Positions 49,694 through 63,536 of a stretch of DNA of 64,000 nucleotides are shown one piece after another (positions within the stretch are counted from its first letter, which is position 1; every line of letters begins with the position of its first letter). The notes beneath the pieces are model-generated. The model searched no databases. It saw nothing but the letters and a program-made list of their open reading frames with translations, and had not been told where the DNA came from. This stretch comes from Octopus sinensis. Taxonomy: Eukaryota. Location: contig NC_043000.1 of NCBI RefSeq assembly GCF_006345805.1, positions 127,348,001-127,412,000 on the forward strand, in the 5' to 3' direction. A program made the translations under genes and the position numbers.

Positions 49694-52023
49694 TACACAC
49701 ACACACTTTTATTTAAGACTTGTATTCTCTTATTTAATATTTACTGTTATGATTTCCACAAGTCCTAAATAACAGAGTATAAAACTCTAAATTTTATTGT
49801 CATTAGTACTAAAAATGAAAGAAGGCTGCTTCAGTTAAACTAAATGTGTTTGTAAGCAAAACAGCACTGTCTTCCACAAGAAACATCTACACATAAATAA
49901 TGCTGAATTTTTTAGGTTACTTAGAATCTATCTTTCAGTAAATTGCAGTGTTAACTACAGATGTATTAGAGGTCTAGTAAACGAATATATGTTCCTAGTT
50001 TCAATTAAATTCGGGATTATGTGCACATCCAGGAATAAGACCGTAGATAATGCTTGGTGATCAAACTGATCAAAATGTAGTCATCATCATCATCCTTCTC
50101 TAGCATCTATTGTCCATGCTGGCAAGGGTTGGACGATTTGACCAGGATTGGTAAGCTAAGAGACTGCACCAGACTCCATGTCTGATTTGGCGTGGTTTCT
50201 ACCACTGACTGCCTTTCCTAATGCCAACCACTCCAAGAGTGCAATGAGTGTTTTTACGTGCCAAATGTAAATATTGATTTCAAATTTTGGCACAAGACCA
50301 GTAAATTTGGGGAGGGGGACAATTGATCAAATCAACCCCAGTACTTGACTGGTACTAAATTTATTGATCTCCAAAAGGATGAAAAGTAAAGTCAACCTCA
50401 GCAGAATTTTAAACCAGACAGAATACTGCTAAGCATTTTGCTTCGTGTGCTAAAAACTCTGCCAGCTCACAGCCTTATAGATGTAAATATTGGTTTCAAA
50501 TTTTGGCACAAGATCAGCATCTTCAGGGGTGGGATAAGTCGATGACCCCAAATGGATGCAAGGTAAAGTCAACTTTGGCAGGATTTGAACTCAGAACATT
50601 AAGCCAGACGAAATACAGCTAAGCATTTTACCTAACATGCTAATAACTCTGCCAGCTCATTGCCTTGTAAATGTAAATATTAAAATTAAAACATGTGTCA
50701 GCTTTAAAGATGAGGTGAACAGTTTGAGAAATGTTAATCTTATTGAGAAGATTTAATCCCAGATATTTATGACAGATGCATGTACTTGACACAAATGCAT
50801 GTACATAGGAATTCTGCCATGGTGCATGATCACCCATTCATACTAACATATTAATGCAACAGATAAAAACAAAAGAAAGAGAAATAATTGTGTTTTTCTA
50901 CAAGTACATATGTGTGTGTGTGTATATGCACACACACACATATATATATAAACATATACACACACACAAACTCATATATATATACTTGGAATGTCTCACT
51001 GTTTATGTATTTAACACGTTTGTTCACGTATTTCATGTTGTTTACACCGTTCGTGACGTCCTGAAACCTGTCATATGTGTGGGTATCTATATGTGTGTGG
51101 TCACAGCCTTTAGGTTGAAATACATAAAAGAATAAAAGAATATATATTCCTCCCAGCAGTTCTGTGTTAATCAACTTATTTCTATAAAGTTTCCAAAATA
51201 TGATGGATAATTATTTTTTTTTTAAATTTAAGTACATCGTTTTACAAATATTGTGACTGAAGCCTGCTTCTCAACCACATGGTTCCAGGTTCAGTCCATG
51301 GCACCATGGGCAAGTGTTTTCTAATATAGCCCCAGACTGACCAAAGCCTTGAGTGGATTTGGTAGACAGAAACTGAAAGAAGCCCATCGTATATATGTAT
51401 ATATATCTATATGTGTGTCTCTGTGTCTCAAAGCCTTGTGTGAATTTGGTAGACAGAAACTGAAAGCCCATCATATATATGTATGTATCTATGTGTGCAT
51501 CTTTGTGTCTGTGTTTGTCTCCCCAACACCGCTTAACGACTGGTGCTGGTGCATTTACATCCTCATAACTTAGCAGTTCAGCAAAAGAGACCAACAGAAT
51601 AAATACCAGGCTTTTAAAAAAAAGTAATGAGGTTGATATATTCAACTAAAAATTCTTCAAGGCGGTGCCCCAGTATGGCCGCAGTCTAATGATTTAAACA
51701 AGCAAAAGATAAAAGATATCAAAAAATATTTGTAAAAATCTTTATACACATGCATTTACAGAAAAGCAACAGTCAAAGACTAATTTAGCCAGGAATTTAT
51801 AAAAGTGCGCTTCATAAATATTATCCTTCTTGTAGCACTACTCAAGAGATGTATCTAAAAAAGTTTTGCTTAAGGCAATTGCTTAAAACAATAAAAAATG
51901 CTTTCTGCAGATTTGAACACATGAATTTGTTCAATATTATGTTTGTTCACATTGTGTCTATTGAAAATGTAAAAACAATAACACCCCAAATCACATATAT
52001 TTATACATACATAAATAAATATA

Positions 52024-52055
<32 letters not shown>

Positions 52056-52079
52056 GATTCAAATGAGTATATATATATA

Positions 52080-52113
<34 letters not shown>

Positions 52114-53515
52114 TTTACACATTTATATATATACATACATATCTATACATACATATATATCTATATATACATATATATATCTATATATACATACATATAT
52201 ATATATACCTATATATACACACATATATATACATATGTGTGTATATATATATACACACACACAAATATATACATACATACACATGCATATATATGTGTGT
52301 GTGTGTGTGCAAATGTATATCTATATGCTTAAGAGTTAAGTTCTCTTCCAGTGTATTCTAACATTCTAACTTCTTAACTTCAACAGTTGGCATTCCTTAA
52401 TTCATGCATAATACACCTACTCACGCACCTACACACAAACACTGGCTTGTATTGTTTTAAACTGAAAAATTATAATAATGACAAAAATAAATAAATAAAA
52501 CTACTTACAAGTTTATCAGATCCAGTACATTGTCAACCAACGCATATATATATATATAATATATATATATATATGTTCCCCTCTAATCCATAAATCCAGG
52601 TAACAATCCACTCATGTGAGATATATCATCTCAGGAGACACCACAATTTGCGTTTTTTCATTTTAGCATTTAAATATGTATATCTCTCTCTCAAAACATA
52701 ACAAGAAAAAATATTGTGATTTGTTATGACTTTCAAACTTTCATGCACTCAGTTATAAAGAAAGAGAAGAAAAAAAGAAACACACACAACTTTTCATATA
52801 TACATATATGGATGCAACACACACATACACCATTCACTGCCTATTCATTAAAAGAGACTCTTCACAACATAATATGTCCCACTTTATGTGAGAACCCACG
52901 AGAATAAGTTAGTTTGTTTAAGCTCTGTTGATTAAGGCAAGGAAGTGTGAGCATGAAAAGGCATAAGATAAAGTTTTAATGAAGGAAAGAAAAAGAAAAT
53001 CTATGAATAGTATTTGAAGATTGGAAAATGTTTTGTGTTGTCAACTATAAAATGTTTATAGAAAGTTAAGTAAAAATTGTGTAAGGGGTGTGTCTGGGTT
53101 TCTATGTGTATGTCTGGGTAGATGGGCGGGGTATGAATAATTCAAAAAGTTGTATGTGTAACCTGTGGATATATTATTGTCAGTTACAAACATCCAAATA
53201 TGTGTTGGCTATTTGTACCAAAATGTGTATGTATATATGTGTGTATATAAGTATCAACAGTTCAAAAACGAATGTGTGTGTGTGTAACAATAATTGAAAC
53301 ATGTATGAGAGAGTGGGAGATGAAGAGTGTATGTGTGTGTTGGGGTGAAAGTGAGAGCAAACAGAGAAGTTAGTATATAAACTATAAATCAATGCATAGG
53401 TAAGTGTGTGTGTATGTGTGTATGTACAGGTAGGATATAATTAGGTAAAAGTATAGAACCACTGTATAGTATTATAACAGTGTGTGTGTGTTTGAGAGAG
53501 AGAGAGAGAGAGTCT

Positions 53516-53580
<65 letters not shown>

Positions 53581-54453
53581 TGTCAGGAACAATTGAAGTC
53601 AATATGCAAACACTGTATTATTAACTTATTTATATTTGTGTATGTGTGTGACATTGTTAATGAAAGTACAGTAAATGTGTGTCAGTATAGTATACATACA
53701 CACATGTATATATTATATAGAGTTTACATGGGTATGTCTATATATGTTTGTGTCGTTGACTAACAAACTAATATAAAAGTGTGCATGATCACAAAGAATT
53801 AAGTACATTTGAATATATACTTATATGCAATTTTTTTTCAAGGTGTGACAAATATCGTAATAATAATACTTTCTACTATAGGCACAAGGCCTGTAATTTG
53901 AGGGGAGGAGGATAGTTGATCACATCAACCCCAGTGTTTCACTGCTACCTAATTTATCAGCCCCAAAAGAATGAAAGGCAAAGTCAGTGGAATTTGAACT
54001 CAGAACGTAGAGACGGATTAAATACTGCTAAGCATTTCACCCAGTATGCTAACAATTCTGCCAGCTCACTGCCTTCATAATGATAATAATAATTATTATA
54101 ATAATCTTTTCTACTCTAGGCACTAGGCCCGAAAAATTTTGGGGAGGGAGCCAGTTGATTAGATCCACCCCAGTACACAACTGGTACTTGATTTATTAAC
54201 CTCCAAAAGGATGAAAAGTAAAGAGTTTCAAATTTTGCCACAAGGGCAGCCATTTTGGGAGAGAGGATGAGTTGATTACATCGACCCCAGTGTTTCACTG
54301 GTACTTATTTTATTAACCCCAAAAGGATGAAAGGCAAAGTCAACCTCAGTGGAATTTGAACTCAGAATGTAGCGGCAGACGAAATGCTAAGTATTTCGGC
54401 CAGCATGCTAATGATTCTGGCAGAATCATTAGCATGCTGTTGCATCCATATAA

Positions 54454-54998
54454 CAGTACCAGGCAGGGGCTCTCATGGCTTCTGATCTTAACTGATTGGA
54501 AGTGTTATCATGTACATTGTTTTGTCTTGGTATAAAAGATGGGCTACAGCAAATATTCTGCTCAATGCCACAGATTTGCTTGTCAGTTGTTTGACCTTAA
54601 CCAGTTGACCATGTCCCTTAGTGGCTGATGATACATGCATCTCTGATCACGAACAGAAGTAGCAGGGGAGCATCATAGCTATGTGTTGAGAGGAATTCTT
54701 TGGGGTTTGGATAATTCACCTTTGGAAACATAGGTGTTTCGTTCAACATCCTTAAACAATCCTTATTCAGAGACTTTTTGAGTGGGATGAGCTACTCGAC
54801 AGGAAAAGAATTCTAACTGGGCCTCACCTGTAAGGTCATGCACTGTTAATCTTGATATGAGATCACTATGTCATGCACATATGGTTGTGATGCATGTGCC
54901 TGGTGTACCCTTATCAGACAGGTAGTCATGATGGGTATACTGGGCTTCGTATATTTTACCCCAGTGTCACTTTGATGGCATGCACTGCTCTCTCACTC
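54454..54998 (+). mobile_element. 557-bp element, near full-length
   Basis: Reverse complement of 24561-25117; ends CTCTCTCACTC followed by (AAT)n. Confidence 0.8.
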
Positions 54999-55004
54999 AA
55001 TAAT

Positions 55005-55037
<33 letters not shown>

Positions 55038-56210
55038 CACCATCATTATTATTATTGCTACTTTTATTTTGACATAACAGCATTGGTTGGGCAGGTTTGC
55101 AGTATGGTTTATAACAGGATTAACATTTTCAAAATAAACACCCTTCTATCAGTACTTGAGCCAAAAAGGGTACTTCTATGCAGTCACTTCAAGTGTAAGA
55201 AATAACAGCTAAATCTCCTTCAAATTGCATCCTATTGATATTCAATTATATATTCAGGTTGCAAAGATAATTGAGCTGAGCATTTATGTTCTCTTGTCCG
55301 ATGATGATGATGATGATGATGACTGTCCACTATTCCATGCTTGCATGATTAGTCTACACTTCTCCATAAGGAGTATAGGACCAGTCTCCTGGTTTCTTGG
55401 GTGCACATATTTTTTCCTGGATGGGACACCAGTCTGTCACAGGATTAGTAATTTTTTACCAGCCGAGTGGACTGAAGCAATGTGAAAGGAAGTATTCTGC
55501 TCAAGAGCACAATGCATCTCTCGGTCCAGGAATCGAAACCACAATCTTACGATCATGAGCCCAACACTCTTAACTACTAAGCCATATGTATGGGTCACAT
55601 AGAATTCTTCCAACCATTAATGTTCACCTGTTTCCAAGCAAAGTAATGTTTTTTTTTTTTTTATGGTTGGTCTGGAAAGAAGTGACACTGCCTGTATGAT
55701 GGTGATGCTCATTTGCAACAATCCTGCTATGGGAAGATGAGAATACACACAAACAAATATACATACATATGTGTGTGTGTGTGCCACTGTATGTGTGTGA
55801 ATATGAATGCATGCGTGTAATCATAATTTAACATCCAGTTTACATGCTGGCATGGGTTGGATATATTTGTGTGTGTGATGTGTGTCAACAGATTTACTCT
55901 AAACTAAGGTGTTTAACTTTCATTATTAAGAGAGAGACAAAGGCATGGAGCTAGCAGAATCATTAGCACACTGGATGACATGCTTAGCAGTATTTCACCC
56001 GTCACTACATTCTGAGTTCAAATTCCACCGAGGTCGACTTTGCCTTTCATCCTTTGTGGTGGGGGGGTCAATAAATTAAGTACCAGTTGCATACTGGAGT
56101 TGACATAATTGACTTAATCCCTCACCCATAAAAATTTTAGGTCTTGTGATTATAGCAGAAAGGATTAAGAGAGAGACAGAGAAAGAGAGTATATATATGT
56201 AAAGAATTAC

Positions 56211-56387
56211 CATAAGTTTTTGATATTTTTCTTCGGCTTCTTTGATGGTAGCAGTCCATTTTCTGTTTAGTTCTGCAGCTTTCTTGGCCACAAAATTTGG
56301 AGCATCATTCTCAGCCAGTAACTGTTCTCCAGTGGTAAGATCTGCTTTGATGCTTTCTCCTTCAGCATCCAGCTTTTTCATGACAGC
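56211..56387 (-). CDS. Internal coding exon (177 bp, phase 0/0) of a giant spectrin-repeat protein, nesprin-1/MSP-300-like
   Basis: Minus strand: ttcttcatttcag|GCT GTC ATG ... CTT ATG|gtaatt. Peptide AVMKKLDAEGESIKADLTTGEQLLAENDAPNFVAKKAAELNRKWTATIKEAEEKYQKLM is a spectrin-repeat helix B/C with the conserved W. Assignment to nesprin rather than dystrophin or spectraplakin is by pattern only. Confidence 0.85.
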
Positions 56388-57403
56388 CTGAAATGAAGAA
56401 CAAAGATATTTATTAGAAAATTGAAAACAATTTTTTATTTATTTATAAAGGTAGTGATGGACCCTGAGTAGATGATGGAGTGGAAGAAATCAAAATTTAG
56501 AATACATTTTAAAAATATATAAATGGATAACAGATGAATAATTTTATATAAGGTGGCACATAAAAAAACACAATTTGAGCATGGTCGTTGCCAGTATCAC
56601 CAGACTGGCCCTCGTACCAGTGGCACATAAAAGCACCCACTATACTCTCGGAGTGGTTGGTGTTAGGAAGGGCATCCATCTGTAGAAACTCTACCAGATC
56701 AGATTGGAGCCTGGTGCAGCCATCTGGTTTGCCAGCACTCAGTCAAATCATCCAACCCATGCCAGCATGGGAAGCGGACGTTAAATTATGATGATGATGA
56801 TGACATCATATATATACACACATGCAAATACAGATACTGAGTCATCATTAAAATCCCTTAAAATTATCAGTTGTTGCCAGCTTCTTAGATATTTAAGGGA
56901 TCTTTAAGAGATTAGAGGCATAAGACAGAATTTCCCCAGTCTCCATTCCTGATAGTTTACATATGAACATTTAGCACCTCTCCAAAGAATATGTACAATT
57001 ATTTTGTTGGCCTGAATTACCACTAAAAAGAGTATTGGTCATTATTTGCAGCCTACATTTGATAGCTGGCTCCCAGCTGACTATTTCAAGCCCAAAATAT
57101 TTGTAAACACATAACAGGTCATTGAGATTTGATTGACTGCCAGAAAGAGTTAGGAAAATAATCATAAATTCATCCATTGAGTTATCACATGCAAAATGTG
57201 ATGCATCCAATAATTCATATACAAAAGTATTTTTATATGTTTTCAATATCATATGTATAAAACACAGAAAAGCAAGATGATTATTATTAATGAAGTTTTA
57301 ATATTGAGAAAACTTAAAGCAAAGAGTATCAACCAAATAAATATAATTATGCCCCATATAATACACTGAGTTCACTTCACTATTTGTTATAAACAATATA
57401 TAT

Positions 57404-57442
<39 letters not shown>

Positions 57443-58460
57443 ACACATATATGAGGGGAAAATAACACATACATATTCTACTAAAAAACAGTATAAAGTG
57501 ATCCTTCATTTTAACGTGAAATTGTTTTTATATATAACTTCACATAAAAACAAACATTAAATATAGTTATGTGTTTATACACACACAAACACACACACAC
57601 ACACACACACACACAAGCACACAATCTCACTAATATTGATTTGCATTATTTCCTTAACATTTAAAGGTAGTCCCTTGAGTAATAAAGTTCTTCTTTCCGT
57701 TGGACTAAATAGCAATAATAATCATTTTGAAGTTGAAAACCTTGACTGCTTCATGTCTCTTCTCAACAAAGAAATTAAATTTGCATTGTACAAATCAATC
57801 CTATTCTATTTTGGGGGTTAACCGAACATTTCAAGATTAATGTTCAGCAAAGTTTGCAAAATTGCCAAAAAAGAAACAATTATACAATGCCATTGTAGAT
57901 TTATTGTCTTGTCACATGATCCAGACAAATACCAAACATGCACACACAAAGAAACAAATAGCCACAACATAAATCTCCTCTTTAGACCTATATTTTCTTC
58001 TGTGTTTTTCAAACCATTTATAATAAATCTGAAGGAATCATGACAAGCATACATCTACTATGAAATAGGTCATTGTTGTCTTGTCTGCAATTATATCTAA
58101 ATCTGAAGATATTCCAAAAGAAACTGGATGTTAAAATAAATGGAACATTGTCTTACTGTCTCAGAAACTCGTTATTATAACAATTAGTTTTGCAGAATGT
58201 TCTGTTTATTCTAAGACAATAGTTGTTAACCTTTTGTAGCTGAGCATCACCTTTCACAGAATGGCATTTTACAATGCCTCCTCTTTGTGTTTTACAAGCA
58301 AGAAAAAAAAAATAGGGATTGCAGAATTATTTTACTTTAAAGGGAAGCAAATTTTCTGAGGTTTGTTTTCGACAGGAGAAGGAGAGGTGACCAAGTGGTT
58401 AGGGTGTTGAACTCATAATCACAGGATCATGGTTTCAATTCCTAGACTAGGCAGTGCATA

Positions 58461-58520
58461 GTCCTCAGATTGCCTTGCCCTCAGATTGCCTTGTCCTCAG
58501 ATTGCCTTGTCCTCAGATTG
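58461..58520. repeat. 16-mer x3.75 (GTCCTCAGATTGCCTT)
   Basis: One substitution across the four units. Confidence 0.95.
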
Positions 58521-58749
58521 ACACCCAAATGCTCTGAGATGTTTGTAATGGAGCTTCCGGCACAAATGCTCAGCATTAGAGCATGTTGTTTTGAAATTTC
58601 TGGCAGAGTGAATTGTGTCATGGTGCTGTTTTTCTCACAGACAGTACCCAACTGACCCTACTATATTGTGTAGTCGACAAAATCAAAAGCAAACAATGCG
58701 CATGTGTGAAATTAAAAATATAAAATGGTGACAATTTACCCATCGTATC

Positions 58750-58820
<71 letters not shown>

Positions 58821-60249
58821 TTGGCATTATGAAGGGCATCCACCTGTAGAAAGCATGCGAAATCAGATTGGAAGTTGTGCTGCTCCCCAACTTGCCAGTT
58901 TTCAGTCATCCAACCCATACCATTATGGAAAACATATGTTAAATGATGATGGCGATGAGATATATATATACACACACACATACATATATTTATACATGTA
59001 TACATACATATACATGCACACACACACACGTAGATGGAAACTGAAAGAAGCCTATCATATATACATATATATGATAGACTTCTTTCAGTTTCCATCTACC
59101 ACTTCACTCACAAGCTCACTAGCTCAAGGTGTCATGCAGAAGGACTAAACCCAAAACCCCTGACAGTAGAGAACAAAATTCTTAAGCACACAGCTATGCC
59201 TGCACCAGTATCATATACAGATATTCTCTTAGCTTCACAGTGTTGTCCCCCTTATAGCTTAAAAAAACAAAAACATGATTTTGCTAATTTCAGCCATAAA
59301 GGTCGGATGTAAAAAATATTGAAAGCTCTATTATCATTGCCCTTATCATCAGTAAACTTTAATGGATCATGCCTGCTGTGTTAGGGAATCGAGTAGAAAG
59401 AAAAATATATTATCTATTTCTACGAAAGAAGGATAAATATTAAAGTTACTGTTACAACATACTTCTCAGATAACAGCAACCATGGGGATTTGTGAATTTT
59501 CCGTTGTCTAGGAAGACATTTTGTTTTGGGGTTATTTAAGCATATATTATGTAGATGAAGGAGTGCAGCAAATAAAAAATGGGAAATATCATACAATGAA
59601 AAACATTTTATTATCTGATAAATGCATTGAAATCAATTTGTGTCCAAAAAAATAAATATTAAAACAAGGAAAAAATAATGTAAATCTTACAGCACTAGAA
59701 CTAGATAACGAATGCATTGTTGGTTTGCTTATTTGTTTAATATATGTTTTTCTTTACTGGCCTGAGTTGAAAGGGGATTCTTTGAAGCAGTATTTCACAT
59801 CTGGGTGCTCTTCCTATTGCTAAAGATATTTTATTTCACAGTTCTTTGAAAGTACAGAGCAACTGGTTGTAATGTCAATATTGAAGACAATCACCATATC
59901 AATGTTTTGCTCCTAAGGTGGCAAGTGAAGTTGTGCAATGTCAACATTCACACACATATGAATACACACACATCACTTTGTATGTTATGATGATAGCATA
60001 CATACTTTTACATAAATATAAATTGAAATCAAATTCGATAACTGGCATCCATGCTAGTAGAACGCTAAGAGCACCATCTGAGCATGATTGTTGCCAGAGC
60101 AGCAAACTGGCTTCCATGCCAGTGGCACGTAAAAAGCTCCATTCGAGCGTGATCATTACCAGTATTGCCTTACTGGCACTTGTGCTGGTGGCACGTGTAA
60201 AAACATACATATATACACACACACACATACATACATATATACGTATATT

Positions 60250-61271
60250 CAGGGTGTATAAGGTATTTGAGGACATACCTTTTTGGGGGTCACTGCTGCA
60301 GGTTTTGCTAACTCTGTATAATAATTTGTTTCAGAAAATAATAATAGCAAAGCCTCAGTTTGCTCAAGAAATGAAGCATGTGGTTATTGTGGTTATAAGC
60401 ATGTGGTTATTGTGGTTATAAGCATGTGGTTATTGTGGTTATAAAGGCAGAGTGTAGCGATTTAGAAATATCTTGATTTTTAAAAGTTGACAGATCTTTC
60501 ATCTACAAAATTTGTAAGGAGCTAAAGACTGAAGATGGAAATATATCAACAGAACACCTGAATTTATCCAGCAAGTTCAACAGACCTTTGATTATAATCC
60601 CAAAAGTCCATGAGGTCAATTGCAAAAGATCTCCATGTGTCAGAAGGAACAGTCAGAAATGTTGTTGACTAAGACATCAGATATAAGTCTTATTTGATGA
60701 GGAAACGTCAATTTGTCAGAAAAAGCAAAAGAAACCACTACAGATCTAAAACGCGCTTAAATAAACTGAAAAATCCAGCAGGAAATTTGATTTGGTTTTT
60801 CTCAAATGAGATAGACAGTATATACAATGGAAGGCCATATGCATTTCAGTAAGACTCTGCACTATCACACATGGCTTTAGTAACACAGGAATGGATGGCC
60901 AAAAATATTCATGATCACATAACCCCTAACATTTGGTCTAATTCCCCAAATTTCAATCCATTGGACTATTACACATGAAGCATTGTTGAGAGAGACGTCA
61001 AAGAACATGCCTATAACACCAAAGATTCTTTGAAAGCTGCCACAGTCAGAGTAATGTCCAAAATGAACCAGGACTACTTGATTTGAGCATGTAGATGATT
61101 TAGATCTAATAAAGAAGTAGTTGTTGAAGCTGAAGTTGGCTTTAATATTATAGAAAAGAAGGTTTATTTTTATCCTCATAGCATTTTTTGATAAATAAAG
61201 TTATCTGTTATTATATATGTTCCCTTTTTTTTATAAACATAAATCTGCCCTCAAATATCTTACGCACCCTC
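60250..61271 (+). mobile_element. Internally deleted maT (DD37D)-like transposon
   Basis: TIRs CAGGGTGTATAAGGTATTTGAGGACA and TGCCCTCAAATATCTTACGCACCCTC. QEMKHVVIVVIKAE...FLKVDRSFIYKICKEL (HTH); PYAFQ*DSALSH...IW-NSPNFNPLDYY. Spacing is 36 as it stands and 37 if the WPP motif is restored. Confidence 0.8.
60374..60442. repeat. Perfect 23-mer x3 (AAGCATGTGGTTATTGTGGTTAT)
   Basis: Three identical units, read directly. Confidence 0.95.
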
Positions 61272-62754
61272 TCTATATATATACATATACATACACACAC
61301 ACACACACACACATACATACATACATACAAATATATATATAGAGAGATATGCTTTGTTCAGCATGGAGCAATAGTAGAAGACACTTGCTTAAAGTGCCAC
61401 ACAGTAGGATTGAACCCAAAACCATGTGGCTTACCACATAGCCACATCTGTGCTTATTGTGGATGTTATTCTGAAAGCTTGCTGTCATCATCACACTCTT
61501 CCTCCTCCTCCTCATCATCATCATCTATGTTGTTGTAATCGTCATCATCCTCATCACAACTATCATCACCCCTATCACCACCACCACCACCTCCATCATC
61601 ATCATCATCACGATCACACAGTGTTTATCTGATACACAATTAATACCTCCAACCCTGATTTATCTCTACCGTGTATTCATTGTATTTATTACTTTTATAC
61701 ATTAAGTTATTAATAATTTATTTCTCAGCTACTTTAAAAAAAGAATCAGTGAGTGGGCAATATTATTACGGATATATTTCTCCAAACGCTGTCAGGCTAA
61801 TTATAGATTATTTTTAACATAATGAGACTTTTCTCGGCTTAGCTAATTATAAATTCTGGAATATTATGAATAATATACACAGTAGATTAAACAGGTTTCA
61901 CAACACAGGAAAATCATATCTCTGCCAATAAATATCCCACATTGTTATAGAAGACAATTAGCAAAGCACTCTAGGTAATTTACATCACAACATAGATATA
62001 TTATTGTTTAGCCCAGCTCAGTACTGATCAAAAGGAATTCCAACCATGACCATCTTGTACTTTTGTACTATACATTTTTTTATCTTTCGTTTCAAGTAGT
62101 CTATTTAGGACTACTATGTGTTCTTCATATTGTAAGGTAAGATTTCAAGACAGAAGACTGCTATTTAGGATGTGATTTTAAAGACAGTAGACTGTCATTT
62201 TTAGCAAATTGAATGACCACACAGAAAAACCCTCACGTGGCTTAAGTAGGTAGGTATAATAAATAATTGTATCGTTATTTTTGTCACAAAAAATAGGTGT
62301 ACACGATTTGTGTGACCAGGTCAGCATCTTTATAGCTTTATTGCTTTATGACTGTTGTCAGAAATATAAATATCATATATACAAGATTATTGTGTGAAAT
62401 ATAATTGTGTGTGTGTGCATACATGCACGTGTGCCCACGTGCACGTGTGCATGTGTGTGGTCTAGTGATTAGTGGTGTTGCAGCCATAATTGCTAGATTG
62501 TGGGATCAATTCCCAGACTGAGCAGCACGTTTGTGTCCTTAAGCAAAGCACTTCATTTCATGTTGCTTCAGTCCACTCAGCTGTAAATGAATAACCCTTC
62601 AATAGAGTAGCCTTCTCCTTCACATCAGCAAGAATATTTGCCTGTTCACCTTAAGTGGACTGGCATCATTCAAAAGCTAAAATGAAGCAAAGAGCATGTG
62701 ACCAGTGATGTATAACAATATCTGATAGTCTGGTGAATCGCATGATATATATAT

Positions 62755-63215
62755 ATCATCATCATCATCATTTAGCATCTGCTTTCCCTGCTAGCATGGG
62801 TTGGACGGTTCAACTGGGGTCTGGGAAGCCAGAAGGCTGCACCAGGCCCAGTCTGATCTGGCAATGTTTCTACAGCTGGATGCCCTTCCTAATGCCAACC
62901 ACTCCGTAAGTGTAGTGGGTGCTATTTACGTGCCAGACGGGTCTGGCAAACAGCCACAGTCGAATGGTGCTTTTTACATGCCACCGGCACGGGAGCCAGG
63001 CGAGACTAGCAACGGCCACGATCGGATGGTGTTTTTTACATTCCACCAGCATGGAGGCCCGTCGGGGCACCGCTGGCAATGGCCACATTCGAATGGTTCG
63101 CTTACGTCCCACCGGCACTGGTATCACAGCTACAATTTCCATTGATGTTGATCGATTTCGATTTTGATTTCCACTTGCCTCAACAGGTCTTCACAAGTAG
63201 AGTTTTGTGTCCCAC
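62755..63215 (-). mobile_element. Young CpG-rich RTE 3' UTR copy (close sibling at 31971-32220)
   Basis: About 150 bp nearly identical to 31990-32140; contains internal repeats of a GGTGCTTTTTACGTGCCAC...CGATCGGAT unit. Confidence 0.85.
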
Positions 63216-63246
63216 ACACAAAATATGGGGGTTTAATTGAAAGAGG

Positions 63247-63328
63247 ATCTAAATGACTAGGTATGCTGGTAAGTGCTGTAATGGATTACCAAGGCTCCAA
63301 GCTCATAGCTGAGAAACAGCTATAAGAT
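63247..63328 (+). ncRNA. Degenerate hammerhead, same family as 2450-2505
   Basis: ATCT-AAATGA-C...A-GAAA-CAGCTA-TA-AGAT. The tail 63313-63398 aligns with 2490-2580. Stem II is long (TAGGTATG/CATAGCTG, TGGTAA/TTACCA). The core is damaged. Confidence 0.55.
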
Positions 63329-63536
63329 TTTGAATTTTTTAATAATAATAACATATATGACTTGAGATGCTCGTCTTGCCTTAGCATTTGTTTTCCTCTT
63401 TAACAAATATATATATATAGTTGTAGTAACAGGAAAGAGGAATTTCAGTTGTCCTCACATGGTGGATTGTAATGTATATAAAAAATAAAAAAAGGAAAAT
63501 ACGCACATTTAAATGGTTATGATATAATCTTTAATG

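Noticed and set aside
54620-54690. CTGATGA/CTGACGA inside the 557-bp element as a hammerhead
   Set aside because: It is followed by GAAG rather than GAAA, and no stem I or III geometry fits.
56971-58054. ORFs of 61-93 aa upstream of the 177-bp exon as further host exons
   Set aside because: No spectrin pattern and no convincing splice-site pair.
59285-59356. Minus-strand CTGATGA...GAAA-ATT/AAT-C hammerhead candidate
   Set aside because: Stem II is not adjacent to GAAA and stem I does not pair.
61765-61802. Minus-strand CTGACAG...GAAATATATC motif
   Set aside because: Core is wrong, there is no stem II, and stem I is mismatched.
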